From: Setoptus koraiensis
Lineage: Eukaryota > Animalia > Arthropoda
Direction: 5' to 3'
NCBI GenBank assembly: GCA_048013815.1
Contig: CM106586.1
Coordinates: 18,848,001-18,912,000 of the forward strand
Length of the DNA: 64,000 bases
Positions 35,424 through 50,320 of the stretch are shown in pieces; the first letter of the stretch is position 1, and every line of letters begins with the position of its first letter. The translations under genes and the position numbers were made by a program. The notes under the pieces are model-generated. The model saw nothing but the letters and a program-made list of their open reading frames with translations, did not search any database and was not told where the DNA came from.

Positions 35424-37219
35424 CAGAAAGGGCGCGGCGAACGCGCACAGGGCGCCCAGACAAACGGAAGCCCGCTGACGCAAAACTGTTATCGAGTGAG
35501 GCGTATTGACGCCAGTCGGCGTTAATTGAGTTCCGTTTGATTGACGATTGCAAGTCGAAGTTGGTGCCGTTGGTGATTGACAAACAACAAGATTGCGCAC
35601 TTGTCGTTTATCACGCAAGTGTTGAAACATTGATCTTGCTGTCGTTTCACATTGATGCCTATCACTTCCTTGTCTCGTGTTAATTGTCAATTGATAACCA
35701 TTATTTATTTATTATGTTTGTGTCTATTTGCCGGGTTGTGTGTTTACAAATGGCATCGCCAATTGAAGCGACAATTGGGTGCGGCAAGGACAGGCGCCAA
35801 ACGCACGAAGCAAGCGCAAATGCGAGCTGCCAAAGTTGCCGGTTGCCGGTGCCAGCGACACACAAAACAACAGAAATAACAAAAGTGGCAAGCTAGCGAA
35901 AATGGGCTAATTAATAATAATAATAATATTATGTTGATATTGTGTTGTTTACGTGCTCGTTGATCACAACAACAACAGCAACAGCAACAACGACAACAAC
36001 AACTGTTATAGTGGGGCTGTGATCTAATCTGTGAGTAATTCAGAAAATTCCAGGTACTCGCAATGTGACACACGGCTGTGCGATTTGCAACCACGACGCG
36101 TTATCATGCCGTCGTTATCGCTCATGAGCTCACAACAATACAATGGTAACAGACTCATGGTGAGATAACTGACGACGACGTTGCGATTGACGGGTCATTC
36201 CGGCCGGCTTAAGTCGCAATAAGCTGTTGATAGTTAATAGTTGATAGTTGGCGATGATACAATCCCTGCCCGATGATACACTTGTTGGCCGCGCAATGGC
36301 GCTATGTAAGTTGGCAAGTCGAAACATAGGCGACAGGCGAAAATAATTAGACAACATGGCCCAAATGAGCTAGTAGTAGCAGCTCATTTGGGGTGAGAGT
36401 GACACACATTGGCAAGACGTCATTAGACATGGCGAATTAGACAATGGCTCTCACAGCGCTCATTGTGAGCTAATCGGCTTGTGTTGATTGTGCGCCCAGA
36501 TATAATTGATTAAACATTATTGTTGTGTGCTGATTAGTCACAAGCTTCTCATATCGCTATCCTATTGGTTTTTATGTAAGTGTAAGGGTATGTTGACGAC
36601 GACGACGACGACAAGCCATTTAGCGAGATATTTAAATGTATTCATATGGGTACATATGAGGGGGTACGTTTAATAATATTCAAGTCAACAACAACGACAA
36701 CAACAACAAGTGCAACTGACAGCCTGTACAAGATGAACAAGCGCGATAGTGGCGCATAGATATACAAACAAATTTGCTAATAGTGCCATTATAAATCAGT
36801 GCAAATGAGCGCAAATCGGCATAAATCAGCAGCATGATGAATCAGTGCAGTGCAGCGACGCGATACCGATCAACACCAACAAACACTCACAAAACAATTG
36901 CTTCCTTGATTACTGATTTACAGATTACGCCAGATATGAGATAATTGCTGCTAATCATCAATTATCATATCAATTGTTTGTCTTGATGCTCCAGTTTTGT
37001 TTGTTCTGTGATGATCTAAGCAGCGCCATTATGATTATGTATGTATGTGAAAGTCATCATGTGCCGAGCGAGAAACAGTATCGGTGATATTGTGATATTG
37101 TCATTGTAATGCCATTACAAACATTTATATCACCCATAATAATATTATTGTAATCATTGTATGGTATCATTGATTGCTGCCTCAACTAGCTTCGTTTTCT
37201 CATCCCACCAACTATTCGA

Positions 37220-37271
37220 CAGACTATGCAACAGACTATGCAACAGACTATGCAACAGACTATGCAACAGA
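37220..37271. repeat. Minisatellite 4.3 x 12 bp (CAGACTATGCAA)
   Basis: Direct inspection. Confidence 0.95.
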
Positions 37272-37872
37272 GTGTGTGCGACAATTGTCAGACAAATATT
37301 CAAATATCCAGCCCAGAAACACTGATGCCGACTAACTAATTGGCTCACCACCAAAAGCCACCACTAAAAGATTAGTATCGCAGATAGTCAGTGCCATTGG
37401 CGATGGGAAAATAACCGTCATGTGGCACTCCAAATGCGGCTGCTCTGCTGGCCGATTTGGCCTGCCAAATTTGCCAAATTTGCCAAATTGATTGACAGCT
37501 TATTGGCAGACTTGTTATGTGCTCATTGTGTATTTGTAATACTATGCCTACGCTCATGTCTAAATTAATTGATTGATACTGCGTTGATCCACAATGATAC
37601 GCAATGATACGCGATGATACGCCACGATCAACGCAACAACCAACGCCGGCATAACTGATAATCGATAACTGATATAATTGCGATCATCATTGTTTGTATT
37701 CGCACAATATTCAATATGGTAACAATATTCACCAGATAGTAAAATAGTAGTCCATGTTCAGGTATTACGCAAGCAGCCCAACGTAGCTGCCGTAGCCCAC
37801 TGACAACAGCGCTTTAGGTGACTGCGATCAGTGATCAAACAATCGCCAACAACAACAACAACGACACCAACG

Positions 37873-37914
<42 letters not shown>

Positions 37915-40091
37915 TAATTACGTGATCGCCATAACGCGACTGTTGCACTTGCCATCATAACGATATTATTAATAATAGTGATATTTACATTGGCCACAAT
38001 GTGGTATCATGTCGAATACGAGTATCACCAGTTACTCACAATTTGTGAGTCACAAAGGCGACTTGTTACGTAACTCGCTCGCCAGCACCATCTGGCGAGC
38101 GACGCGCCAGCTACAATTGGGTGAATTGTGGGAACGCACCTAGGGCACGACAACGACGACACACTTGTTGTCGTTGCCATTGTTTACAACATTGCAACAT
38201 ACACCTGTCGCTGTCTCGAATTTAGGCCACGACTATGGACGATTTCAGAATTGGCCAGGCCTGCATTTGCGTGGGCCCGCTTCGTATTTGTCTACAATGT
38301 TGTCGGCGATAATGTCGGCGATAATGTCGGCCGGCGTATGAACATCGGGCAACATTGTGTAAAATTGTGTGTTGCTAAATTGAACTCTCTGAAATTCACT
38401 CGCTCGCTGACAAACAAAACTGACTGACAAACAAAAGTTTAATTGCGCTGCCGACTGATGTCGTGATTATCAATTAGCATGCACAACTTTACATGGACAA
38501 ACATGGGCCAACAGTGGGCTTTTTATCGCTCATCATCAATGAAACTCGATAGACAGTCACTCAGGTCATGCACGGTGATTAGGCGTCAATCACAACGGCG
38601 TCTCTCTATTTTGCACCGTTTCATTGCATTTTGATACTTTGCACCATTTCATACTTGTTATATACTATTTTGCACTACACCCACCGGCGCCAAATTATAT
38701 CCTGTCCGGGCCGGCCCCCATTGGCAGCGCATGCGATGCAAATGGGCCACCCAGAGCAAGTGGACATGCAGATTCAGCTGCCTCTAAGAATCTATATAAT
38801 ATATATAACAATCTAAGAGTCTCCCAGAATCAACATCGACGAGAACTATTGAGAGAGCAACAAATACTCAGGTATGCCTATCTTTCGCTCTAATGTGTAT
38901 GGAAATGCATCTTTGCTTGTGTGTCTGTACACATTACACTCTGTACAGACGCAACCGGTGGATTAAATGAGAACGGACACAGTCAGATAATGATTGGCCG
39001 AAAGGTGAAAAATAAAATCACGATCATTGTTTGGGCGCCAATGTCGGACTTTTGTTTTGTTGTTAATGCTGGCAGCGCGCAAGCAAACAATGCCAACAAA
39101 CAATCAATTGGGCCACAGCAAAAATTATTAAAGAGCCGAGATTATTAAAGAGAGAGAGAGATGGGCCACATGATTAAGCATGAATAATCGCAGTTGCCAG
39201 AATAAAGACGCGAAACAAAACGTCCACGACGACGACGAGCCGAGACAATACGATTGCGAATGCCAGTGCGAGAAGATCGCACAATTTCGCGATTAGATAT
39301 TTTTTGCTATTTTCGATAGGGATTTAGATAGTGGGCCAAGATAGACTGGCCAGACAAGATCAATGGATCTGATGGCAGCTCAGATCTCGGCAGCAGCAGC
39401 AGCAATCAGATCCGACCAATCGTCGGATCGCTGCTCGACAAAGCGGGCACAAATGCAATTGGACGATAAACATGGCATTACACAAATCATCCGATGCAAT
39501 TCTGTAACCGTATATTGGCCGCTAATGGCGAACAATGGCAATATAGAACACCACACTTGTCTGTTGATTTGTGCAATTCAAAATTTGTTTGAAATTTGTT
39601 TTCTTTATCCAACAAACAACAACAATATCATATATATATATATATACGCAATTGCAATTCACCTGCTGCTGCTGTTGCTATCATATTTAATTGTTGCGTG
39701 GTTAAGGGAGAACAGGTGAAATTGGGTGATCATCCCATGAAACAAACTGCCGCTGTTGCTGGCACAGTGTCAGTATTAATTGATCATGCTGATGCGATCA
39801 TCATGCCAAATCATCTATTCTCATACTTGACTTGTTAATATATAATTGTTAATATATAACAACAACAACAAAATAGCAAATTATTTAAAACAATCGATTG
39901 CATAATCACGCTTCTTCATTATTGGCCCACTGACCATACGCTGGCATGTGCGGCTAGTGGCTGCATCAGCTTATGGCCAATTGTTATTACTCTGGCATTG
40001 CTATTATTATTATTAGTATTGCTATTACTATTATTATTATTATTACCATGGCAGTGGTCATTTTGTAACAAGCCGGCAGCAAACACTAGCC

Positions 40092-40124
<33 letters not shown>

Positions 40125-43120
40125 GTGATAGTAATAATGATAATACGGCCTAATACCAACATTGCCGGCCCATGCGGCTTAGCTATGATATCGTCGTCGG
40201 TATCGGCCAATGCCGCTGCCGCTGCCGATTGCGATTGCAAAACCACTATTTAGGCTCTAAATTGCTGCTTCTCTTCGGCCAGCTCCTCTCCTCCTTCGGC
40301 CAATCTGCTAACCAAGTCGGCAGGTGCCACGCGCTCATGTATTTTTTAGCAAGATAGATATTCGGCGTGCCGCTTACTCACTTTTGTGCCGCTTCCTTTT
40401 TCGCAAATATACCTACTGCCGCCACTAACTACGCTGGCCAGTCACCAGCCAGGAATTTCCATTGCGCTGGCCGAATGGATTCTCTTTAAATCCATTCGGA
40501 CGGCTCTCTTGGTTGGCTCTCTTGGTTCGCCGGCCATCATTATCGGCCAGATCAGCAACACATTCGCTGAGAAGGCATGAGAATAAGAAGAAACAGACGG
40601 CGATAGTAATGATCAATCCAATCAGCATATATTCATCATCATGGTCAGATATTCATCGTCAGTCAGTCAGTCAGCCAGTCAGTCAGCCGGTCGTGGTTGT
40701 AGTAGGAATTAATCGCAGCGCAAACTATTGAATATTAAAGACATGCTAATGATTGATCACATTGACCTCATCGGCGGCGCGTCCTGCAGGAAAGCGAGCC
40801 GCCAACACAAGCACTGCAAGGTTGAACGTGTTGGTCACTTGTTGTTGTCGTCGTTGTTGCTGTCGTTGTTGCCGTTGTTGCTGTCGTTGTTGGTGCTGCT
40901 GCTGTTGTCGTTGTTGTCGTTGTTGTCGTTGTTGTTGTTGTCGTTGTTGTTGCTGTTGTTGCTGTCCAAGGAGGTGGTGCGTACGGACTGTTTTCCAGCA
41001 CAGTTCGCACGCAGGTAGTGCAGTTGTTGCTATTGCTGTTGCTGTTGTTGTCAATCATCAATCATTTTAACAGCTTCGGCAACTCTAATGAGACTTCAAA
41101 CGATTGATCGGGCCAATGATTCCCTTTCGGAGCCAACAACAACAGCTACAAATTGTGTCTTCTTCTCATTCTTCTTCCCCGACTCCCAGTCTCGCTTATA
41201 ATAATCAAAAAGATTTAAAAATTCTCTCGTCCTCATCAGATTGATTAGCATGTTGATCCCGCTTCACGTCCACCACTTGTTGGCACTCGTTGGCAGTGGT
41301 GCCCGTTTGCACACTTGCCGGCGATTCAAATCAAAAAATGGAATAAAATAAAGTAAAATGAAATAAAATGAAATGAAATGAAATGAAATAAAATAAAACT
41401 GGCAAAAATGCCAATTCTCATCCTGTCTGGCCAGACCGCCAACACAAACAAATTGACTCGTTTCATTGTCTCTTTGGGGCTTGATGAAAGAAAATAAACA
41501 ATAATAATGCCGATAATTCATGTAGATGGTTGTGGTGCCAAGATCAATCGATTACACCTCTCGTCGTTGTGATTATTGTTAGTTATTATCCTATATTATG
41601 CATTGAGATTATCGCATTTATCGCATTCATTTGTTGAAATGATCAACAATAATAATTCCTTCTTTTCGCTGCTTCTTACGCTACACAAAATTAACATGTC
41701 CTTTTGTAGTAATAAAAATAAACACAACACAAACAACTATTGTTGGCTTACAGTTACTGGCAGTCTCTTACAAATAAAGATGTTGGCTGGCTAGCTGAAA
41801 GTGGTTGCTTGCCAGTCACTATCTCTCTTGTTACCGGGTCTTGTTGCGGTTAAAGCGTTGCTGTTGTGCAAATCGCAAATAGTGAAGAAAATTTAAATTG
41901 ATTGGCTTCAATCAATTAATTCAAATGTAAGATTCCACTAGAATTATCACCTCGACAACAATAACAACAGCAATCATGCAAACAAATGATGAAGACTATT
42001 CTCTGTGTGTGTGTGTGTCTCTCTCTTTTCTTGTTGATCCATCCATCTATCTCTTTATATGTGTCTCTTTGTTGGCCACTAATTCGCCTGCTTGTTAGTT
42101 AATATTCTCATTTCTATCTAACAACTTGCCGAGGAAACACTACGAAAACAACAACAACCTGTTACAACTAGATTGATGATTAGGCTGGCCTTTGTGTTGC
42201 AGTGGGCATGTTGTTGTATATGTTCAAATTCAAATGTATGTATGCTCTTTCATTATCATCAATTATTGAAAACATATTCTAAACATATGCCTCTCTTGAT
42301 CGACCATGCTCGTTGTGGCTCTGGCGCTCGACCCAACTAACAAGTTGGTCATTTCATCATCGACCGCATGACCATTGTGCAAATGAGCGAGCGATACCAA
42401 TCGACCAAGCAACAATGGCCGATTATCTTCGACACATCTGTGTTAATTATATCCAATTTGGCAAGCTTATAGAGAGCTTATAAGAGAGAGAAAGAGAGAT
42501 AGCTGGCCCAAAGTGAAATCTACTCTCTAGCTCGTTAATAAGGCCTGAAAGTTCAGTGAGTTCCTTCGGAGTTGTTAATGTTGCCCTGCGTTTGCTGGGC
42601 CAACTCGCCAGATGGCGCTTGCCTTACTAAAAACCAATTCCTGTCTCCTCTGTCACTCCGATAATCGCGTGCTTATTCACCTGTTCACCTGTTCACCGTG
42701 ATGATAATAATAATAGTAATGGTAATATTAATAAGTATAACACACATACACAATGATAGAATGATCATGATAGAAATGATAGAAAACGGTGTAAAGGATG
42801 GATCGATCGGCAACAACAGACCGACGGCCGGTGTTCACATGGTGCATTATCGGCGAGCCATGAATAAGGGCTTCGTTGGTGGCCTATGACTGTTTCAATT
42901 AGAGTCACACACAGCCAGACACACACGAGGGGGTCGGCATGGTCTTTGAGACCAATCAACCTGCTGCTGCTGCCGCTGCCGATCGTATATCATATAATCA
43001 CGTTGAAAGGGATGATATAACACACTTCATTGATTACGCAATCAATGGTTTCTTCTTCTTCCACATTATAATGACCTCATCATCGATTAGTTGTATTCCA
43101 TATTTCTCGAGTCTTTATTC

Positions 43121-43160
<40 letters not shown>

Positions 43161-46100
43161 TGACCTGTTTGTGTTCGTCTCTGGTCTCTGGTATTCGCTT
43201 GGAATGTCTTGCTTTGAATGCAAGCATCCCCAATCATGGCCGTCCGATGCCTCAATAGAAGCAACGCACTCTGTAATAGCAATAACAATAACAGATTCAA
43301 AATTGATTGGCTTCATTGATCACAAACTCTGTCCGTCTGTCTTTTGTACAGCAAACAGCAGCAGTGGCGGCACCATCCTCGATAGCTGCTGGCCGGTGGC
43401 TGCTGGCTGGTGGCTTGTGGCCACATCAATAGCTCACTCGGATAGCCGCCATTATAGGTCGCAACATCCTTAACAACCTCAACAGCCACACATTAGTTTA
43501 GTCCAGTGAATTTTGTAATTAACCTGTCGTGGTTCATACCCTCTTTCTTTGGCTCCGCTTCACTTTAATGAATGTTGTCGTCCCAAGTGAGGCACGAGTT
43601 CCGGTACACCTGTCAATGTCATTGATCATGCGACGACGACGACGACCGTCTCTCAAGTGATGTGACTAGTCTCAATAAGTGTGCGCCTCCAATCAAAACT
43701 TCGCTCCACCATAATAATACTCGCGCTTGTTGTTGTCGCTGTTGTTGTCGCTGTTGTTGGCATTCAAAAAACTACAGTGACAAAATGTTGTGTACAGCCT
43801 TGTTGTTGCTAAACTTACAAAAAGAGATCCTAATTACTATGTTTAGCCAATTATCATTCTTTCCAGGCTATATAATAATCTGCTGTATGTATTCTTTGTG
43901 TGCTTCTTTTTTCTTGTCGCTTCTATTGTTGACGCTTCACTTGTCATTGTTGTCGGTATGTTTGTATGATGCCGCCGCCGACGTCAACCTCCACTTATGC
44001 TGCTGCCGCTGCTATCGGCCCGAATTGTCCTCGTCCTCTTACGGCCGATCGATCGACATGTCATCGTGGTCAACATTTGGAAGACGAGAACAGAAATCGT
44101 CAGCAACATGCTCTCTATCTCTCTCCGCGCCCCCTCACCAGATGCCATCCGACGTTGCAACTTGGTAACTAGATCGTCAATTCATCCAACCAATCTAGTC
44201 CAGTTCACTACCGGAATAAATCATTAGTTATAATGGTGGCGAAACTAAGCCATAAATATAGATTGAATGGCCAGTGATGCGCCATTAATTACAAGGTACT
44301 ATGCCGTTGCCAGCAGTGTTTGATTTGCCCAGACGTTCCAATATAGGCTAGCTAGGTGGCTCCATCTGATGATAATCCGGCGAAGAGACAAGGTGAGCTT
44401 GCATGTCCGAGCGGCAAATTAATAGCAAATTCAACAAGATTCCCGGGACGATAAATAGCAAGTAGTTATTGTTGTAGCTGTTGTTTATGTGGTGGCCCGG
44501 TGACTTTTTCGCTGACTGCGCGACAACTACAACTTCAACTTCGACTTCAATAAATAATCAATTATCACTCAATAATTCATCATTTGCAAACGCTGATGCT
44601 GATGTGTCTGCCGTCGTGACGACGTGCCAAAACTAATTGAGTGGTGCATGTCAATACTTGGGCTACACAAATCAACACAATTGACAAGTGTCTGCTTTTG
44701 TTTATGCGTTTTTAATTGGCCTTAAGCGCCCATTAGGTGCCATATGATGGGATTATGTTCAACATGTCCATACATGTTGCAATAATATTAGCAGTGGCCA
44801 GCAGAAAGAGACAGTGAATTTGGTGGAAAAGTTGACCACAGTCACATGCAGCCAGCAATGATGCAATTATCCCTTACAATTATCCAATCGATAAACTATC
44901 ACCGCTGCCTGTATTGAGCGCGGTTATTTCGTGCACAACAACAACAAGTGTGACCATTAAATCATCATCAGCAGTCTGGGCTCACCTGTTGCACGTCAAC
45001 GAGTCACACCTTTATGCTATTATTATTATTATATTGCCACTATTGTTTTCTAGCAATTCCTCTGGCGAGAGCGAGAGCCTTTCGACAATGGTTGCCGGGT
45101 GTCTAATTAAAATAGGCCACATTAAACATAGTGACGCATCTTGTGTGTCCACGAAACGCCGCTTATGCTCGCTAGCCACCAGTGCCTGTACCTACAGGTA
45201 GTGTTGCACACAAATAATAATAATAATAATAAAGTGGTCAGACTGAGAGAGATTGTTGTTGCTGGAGGATAACAACTGACAAATGTTGTGAGACAACAAT
45301 ACTTGTCCAGTCTTACGTAAGTCTTGAGTGTGAGTTAGATGGAGTTAAGACGGAGCGCCAGAAGCTTAAGTTGTTCTTTGTCCTGTTTAATTGGGCCCAG
45401 ATTTATTTCTCTGCAAGTGTAATAGGCTTGTAATAGCTTGCGTGCTTGGTCTGTGGCTCCTGTTCAAACTGTAGCTGCTATTATGTAACCACTACAGGAC
45501 CCAAACGAATTGAATTGACATAATTCACTGGCTGTTGGGATCTGCTGGATTTTGTGCTGTTGATTTGCACTGACTGAGTGTGCAGATTTGTGCAAATTGT
45601 GCACACACAACAACACAGCGTCGTTGGCCATAAAGTAAAATAAACGACCGAGATGCTTGTCAGCACAAATCGAATCTATATCGCCATTTATTTGTGGAGC
45701 CTAGATTCTTTGTTTTGGTGGCCGTACGTCGAGGCGTTTCGATGCTTGCCTTGTCCTGTCTTGTCCTGTCTTGTCCTGTCCACATGAACGATTGCGTAAT
45801 GTCGACAAATGTAGATCACTTGCTTGGCGTTGCGCAATGGTCAGTGCTCTGTGGTGAGCACTTGATCGCTACAAGATGGTGGCGCCGAACGCCAATCGTG
45901 GCAATCGGTTGTTGCTGGTTGACAGCACATGCTAAAAAAGCATGTTAAAATTAAAGCGGTCAAAATTAATTGCTGGTCGGAATGCCAGCTTGGGATAGTA
46001 GAGGTAATAATGAGCTAACAAACACTGCAAGGTGTAAGATGTAGCCACATTTTATAGGGTGCAACAATAATGATGACAAAACCAGCATTTGCCAGCAACC

Positions 46101-47389
46101 TCCCGTTTTGCGCGCCGCTCGGTCCGGGCCGGCCGCTCGTTACCGACGCCCAAAGATAGCACGCCCAGAAAAGAGGGCGCCACCCAAATGGCGGCCCAAA
46201 CGAGCGTTGGGAGCACGTGTCCCAATCAACAGTTGGCGCAGTTTGTGCTGAGTGTGCAAAATGTGCCACTCGGGCTGTGCCACTTGTGCGAGTTTGCAAC
46301 GGCAACAGCAACAGCAACAAATCGACGCCAACCGACATTGGTCGTTGTTTGTGACGCAGACAGAGGCATGGTACAGGAGCGCGGACTCCGGAGGAACGTG
46401 CCAAAGTTACAATCGCCGTGGAGACAAGAGTTAGATCGGCCCAAAGTGCTTACAACAAGATGGACGCAAGACGATGGATAAAGGGCACACATTTGCAGTT
46501 GTTTGTCGCCTCTCTCTTGTTGGTGGCAAACGTTGAAATAGTGGCGGCCATACTGGATTTTTATTGCCGGTTGTTGTTTGTTTGGCGCTTTCGATTTCAA
46601 TTAATACCACTCTATGACGACGACGGTGATGATGATGACGGCGATGATGATGATGATGATTCTAACAACTTGTAAGTTTATCCGTTTGTTGACGCTCGAT
46701 AAAGTTGTGCTGTGTGATGCCATCGTGACGCCAGTCGACCATCAGATTCTGATGATCAGAAGCAAAACACAACTCCACTCCCATGGGCCAGAAAAATGGC
46801 CGTGCAAATGAGAATCGTCGGAGGCCCGACCGTTGAACTTTATCGTCTGGCTTCCAGCCGCCAACCGCCGAAAGAGCCCGGTCAATCGCGAAATTGTGAG
46901 TGCCACAACAGTCAACAACAACAACAACATTTCCACGTGAATATAATCGGTTAGCGCACAGCGTTGTCGCACACACGCACACATTTGGCACAACAGTCGC
47001 CAGAAGCCGATGGACACAATAAACACGCGCACAAAATCCGTTGAGAACTCGACTCGAAAACAATTTGAATAATATTTTAGGTAAGCCAAAGCAAACAGAC
47101 CAACCATTCGCAATTTGCCCAGCAATCTCGCTACTCACATTTACACCCAAGATTGTTATCAACTATTACAAAGACTCGGTCAACAAAAATTATGTAACTC
47201 ACGCCTTCATAACCATTATTTCACACATTTCATAACGTCTGGGATCAGGATTCGCACAATCTATTTTGCTTACAAATACACGCCACATGACCAACGCCAC
47301 ATGATTGAAACACGATAAAAAGATCATCCTTGCCACTATCAGCCAACATCAACAGTGTATCGTCTAATAACCAGTAAAATTATTTCATC

Positions 47390-48511
47390 ATGTTTGCCGC
47401 AGCTAGCGAGTATATGTTATTAAGTTTAAATTTCTTTGAGATCATCATAAACCTGCTATATCTGGCCTTGTATTTTGCCAATATGAGTTTCGGTGTGGTA
47501 TTAAACTCCTCCAACTCCAATTCAAATTCAAAATACAGCAATCAGAATTCCAACAACCACAATAGTGAGGCTCAAGCACTAGACCAACACGACCACAACG
47601 ATGACGACTATCTCAAATACCACAATAGGAGCTCTGCTTGGCTCACCATTATTGACGACAAACCCGAACCCAATCCGACGCACACCTTGGGTCATCCCGG
47701 CAAAAACGGCAAAAAAATGACCACATTTGCCAATGACCTAGTTGACCACAGCACAACTCTAGCCGTCAGAGGCAAGCCAACAAACAACAGCGCTGAGACA
47801 TCTGTCAAGAAATCTTTTTACAAAACACTACCCAAGGCTTTTGGCAAACGACACGGAGAGGACAGAGTGAAACACAGTAATATTGTCTATGGAGGTTCTC
47901 TTGGCGGTAGTCAAGAATCGCTCAAGTCCGGACAAACAACTTCTTCCTCGTCATCGACATCGTCGTTGCACAACATAGCACCTAATAGACCACCTCCGCC
48001 ACCACCAATAAATAGAAGAAGCAGCGGCGTGAGTACATTCAATGGTATACCACCGCCAACTACAATTACAAGCCACCTAGCAGCAACAAGTGGAGGAGCA
48101 CCCAGCCGAGAGCAGATGTTTATATCGTTGCTGACTTCTATGTTTGGATTCTTCTCAGCCAAGTTTCATCTCACCTGGCTTCTGCTATTCTATTCAATCT
48201 ACATAATGACCGGACTTGTTCTGTGGCTCTACAATCATGCCTTCTTCTATCGACGTGTGAGACATTTAAATTATCCAGAACAAGCGGATTACAATCGGCG
48301 CTCATCAGCTGCCCCCAAGGCGGTTGGTTTAGTTGTTTCGGCACCCAGCCAATCGCTAGGACTTTCATCGGCTTTAGACCTAACTAGAGTGTGCGACAAT
48401 ATGTACGATGAGGTCCATTTGCAAATGTTAGCTTCGAGACGCGATGTGGTCGACATTGGTCTGAAACTAGTACTGATCATGAGTGCCTACGATCTTTCTA
48501 ACAGTCTATAA
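47390..48511 (+). CDS. Unknown multi-pass membrane protein, 373 aa, apparently single coding exon; start uncertain (Met1 or Met9)
   Basis: Long non-repetitive ORF. Hydrophobic segments LLSLNFFEIIINLLYLALYFANMSFGVV, MFISLLTSMFGFFSA, LTWLLLFYSIYIMTGLVLWLY and IGLKLVLIMSAY. Possible upstream intron from donor ttttag|gtaag at 47081 to acceptor tttgccgcag| at 47402. AATAAA at 48986. Confidence 0.75.
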   Translation: MFAAASEYMLLSLNFFEIIINLLYLALYFANMSFGVVLNSSNSNSNSKYSNQNSNNHNSEAQALDQHDHNDDDYLKYHNRSSAWLTIIDDKPEPNPTHTLGHPGKNGKKMTTFANDLVDHSTTLAVRGKPTNNSAETSVKKSFYKTLPKAFGKRHGEDRVKHSNIVYGGSLGGSQESLKSGQTTSSSSSTSSLHNIAPNRPPPPPPINRRSSGVSTFNGIPPPTTITSHLAATSGGAPSREQMFISLLTSMFGFFSAKFHLTWLLLFYSIYIMTGLVLWLYNHAFFYRRVRHLNYPEQADYNRRSSAAPKAVGLVVSAPSQSLGLSSALDLTRVCDNMYDEVHLQMLASRRDVVDIGLKLVLIMSAYDLSNSL

Positions 48512-50320
48512 TTGTTATGTGATTAGTTCGATTGCTATCAATTTAGTGGTGATTCCATGAAAGCCAACTCCGCAACAATAATAACCATTCTATCAATGCA
48601 ACAACCAAACAAGCAATCGCAATTACATGCACAACTAACTTCATGACACACATTTGCACACACAATAAGTGGTCTATTCATATTTCAAGCGCTGTTCCTA
48701 ATACTATATAGTGCCCTTTGCTGAGTAGATTGCTCTGATGATCTCTAGTTTTTTTTTGAATCTTATAATATTGAATAGAATCAAAAGCGAAAACGGACAC
48801 AAAGCAAACCATGATTGTGAGCTAGTGAGAAAGACTCATCTCAAAACGACGCTAAACAGAAATGACACACCACTTAAAGAAAATTGTAGACGCCAAATAA
48901 CAAGTGCGAGTATAGACAAGTTTGAATTAGTTCAAACTAACCATTCGTGCACATTCTGACACACAGCGTCTTCTTCACTTCTTCGAATAAAAGAACTAAC
49001 TAGAGCTATTGTTCGTATCCAACCAAAGAGCAGTTGTTGTTTGTAGCTAAATCGTGAATGATGATTCCATTCAGCAAAACATCAAGAGGTTACATGTTTC
49101 AACTTATCACTGAGTGTATGTGTTTTGTCGTTTTTATCACCGTTTTTGTTGTGTCGGTGTGTCATGATTATTATTATTTTCATGGAATATGGATTGATTG
49201 AATAATAAGCTGATCACCTCTAAGCTTCGCCGTGGCTTGTTAGAGATGCCGAGAGGCAATCCGACGGGCAAAAATTTGCCCAGGTAATAGGCAAATAATA
49301 GATTTAGCATGTGTCAGTTGTTGACGCTCGACTCATGTCGGTAACATGAATAACAAAAATTATGATGCCAAACTTCTATTGCCAACTGCTGCACATAGAA
49401 TTGATTCTTTCTATATTCCATTTATTTTTACCTTGCTCACTTGTTGTTCATATTCCAATCGAATGACAACGACAGTCGCATACTTTGCACTACAAACAAT
49501 AAACTTCTATTGGGCATTGAATCGCCGAATCAACTCTCATATTGCTCAAATCAAATAATGATGTGTGCCTTGCTTGTCAAATGGTCCACCATTCTAATCT
49601 TGTCGCTATTCTTTATTCTTCTTTTCTGTCTAACACTTACTCACTCGTCAGAGACACTAAATGTAGATGCAGCAGCAGCTTTACATTTTCGTTTTATGTC
49701 TAACTACTTGTGGCCATTGTCATTTTTGTTATAGGTGGCCATGATTCTGTTAACAAACAAATAATCTTGTGTCGGAAAACTTTTCTGCATCAAAATCATG
49801 CTTGAATAAGTTGCTTCTATATACAGTTAGTGATCATGCAATGTTGCATAGGATGAAAAATGTCTTCATCTCGATTGTGGCTAGTCGTGAACTAAGACAA
49901 AACTTCAAAGTCATAAACGCATTACTATATAGTTGTGTCTGAATATCCGATAAGCTTATAGATCGATCGCGAGAACTTCGTGTATGCATAGGCATACTAG
50001 ATTAGTCTTGAGATACGATACTCTCGGAACAACGAAATTAAGGATTTATTCTCTTGTACTTGTGATTGTTAAATTCACCGTTTATTTTTGTGGTATTGCA
50101 ACTTGATATACTTTTTAAATACTCTTCTATCATTGATAATCAATTAAATAAATAAGTAAGACCTACATCTTTTCATTTAGATTGGAATCCATTCTATCTA
50201 ATCAATCAATTCTGATTTTGTCATACAATTGTTGAGATGCTGAGAGGCTGTTTGTCTCATGGCAGCTAGCGTCAAGCTTAAGATACAATTTATTTTAGCC
50301 AATAGCTTTCTGGTATTTTC

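Noticed and set aside
46426-46437. 12-nt match to the reverse complement of miR-750
   Set aside because: Seed mismatch, no precursor hairpin and no linked miR-1175 seen.
49068-49113. C/D box snoRNA-like ATGATGA...CTGA
   Set aside because: Too short, no enclosing terminal stem and no recognisable rRNA guide.
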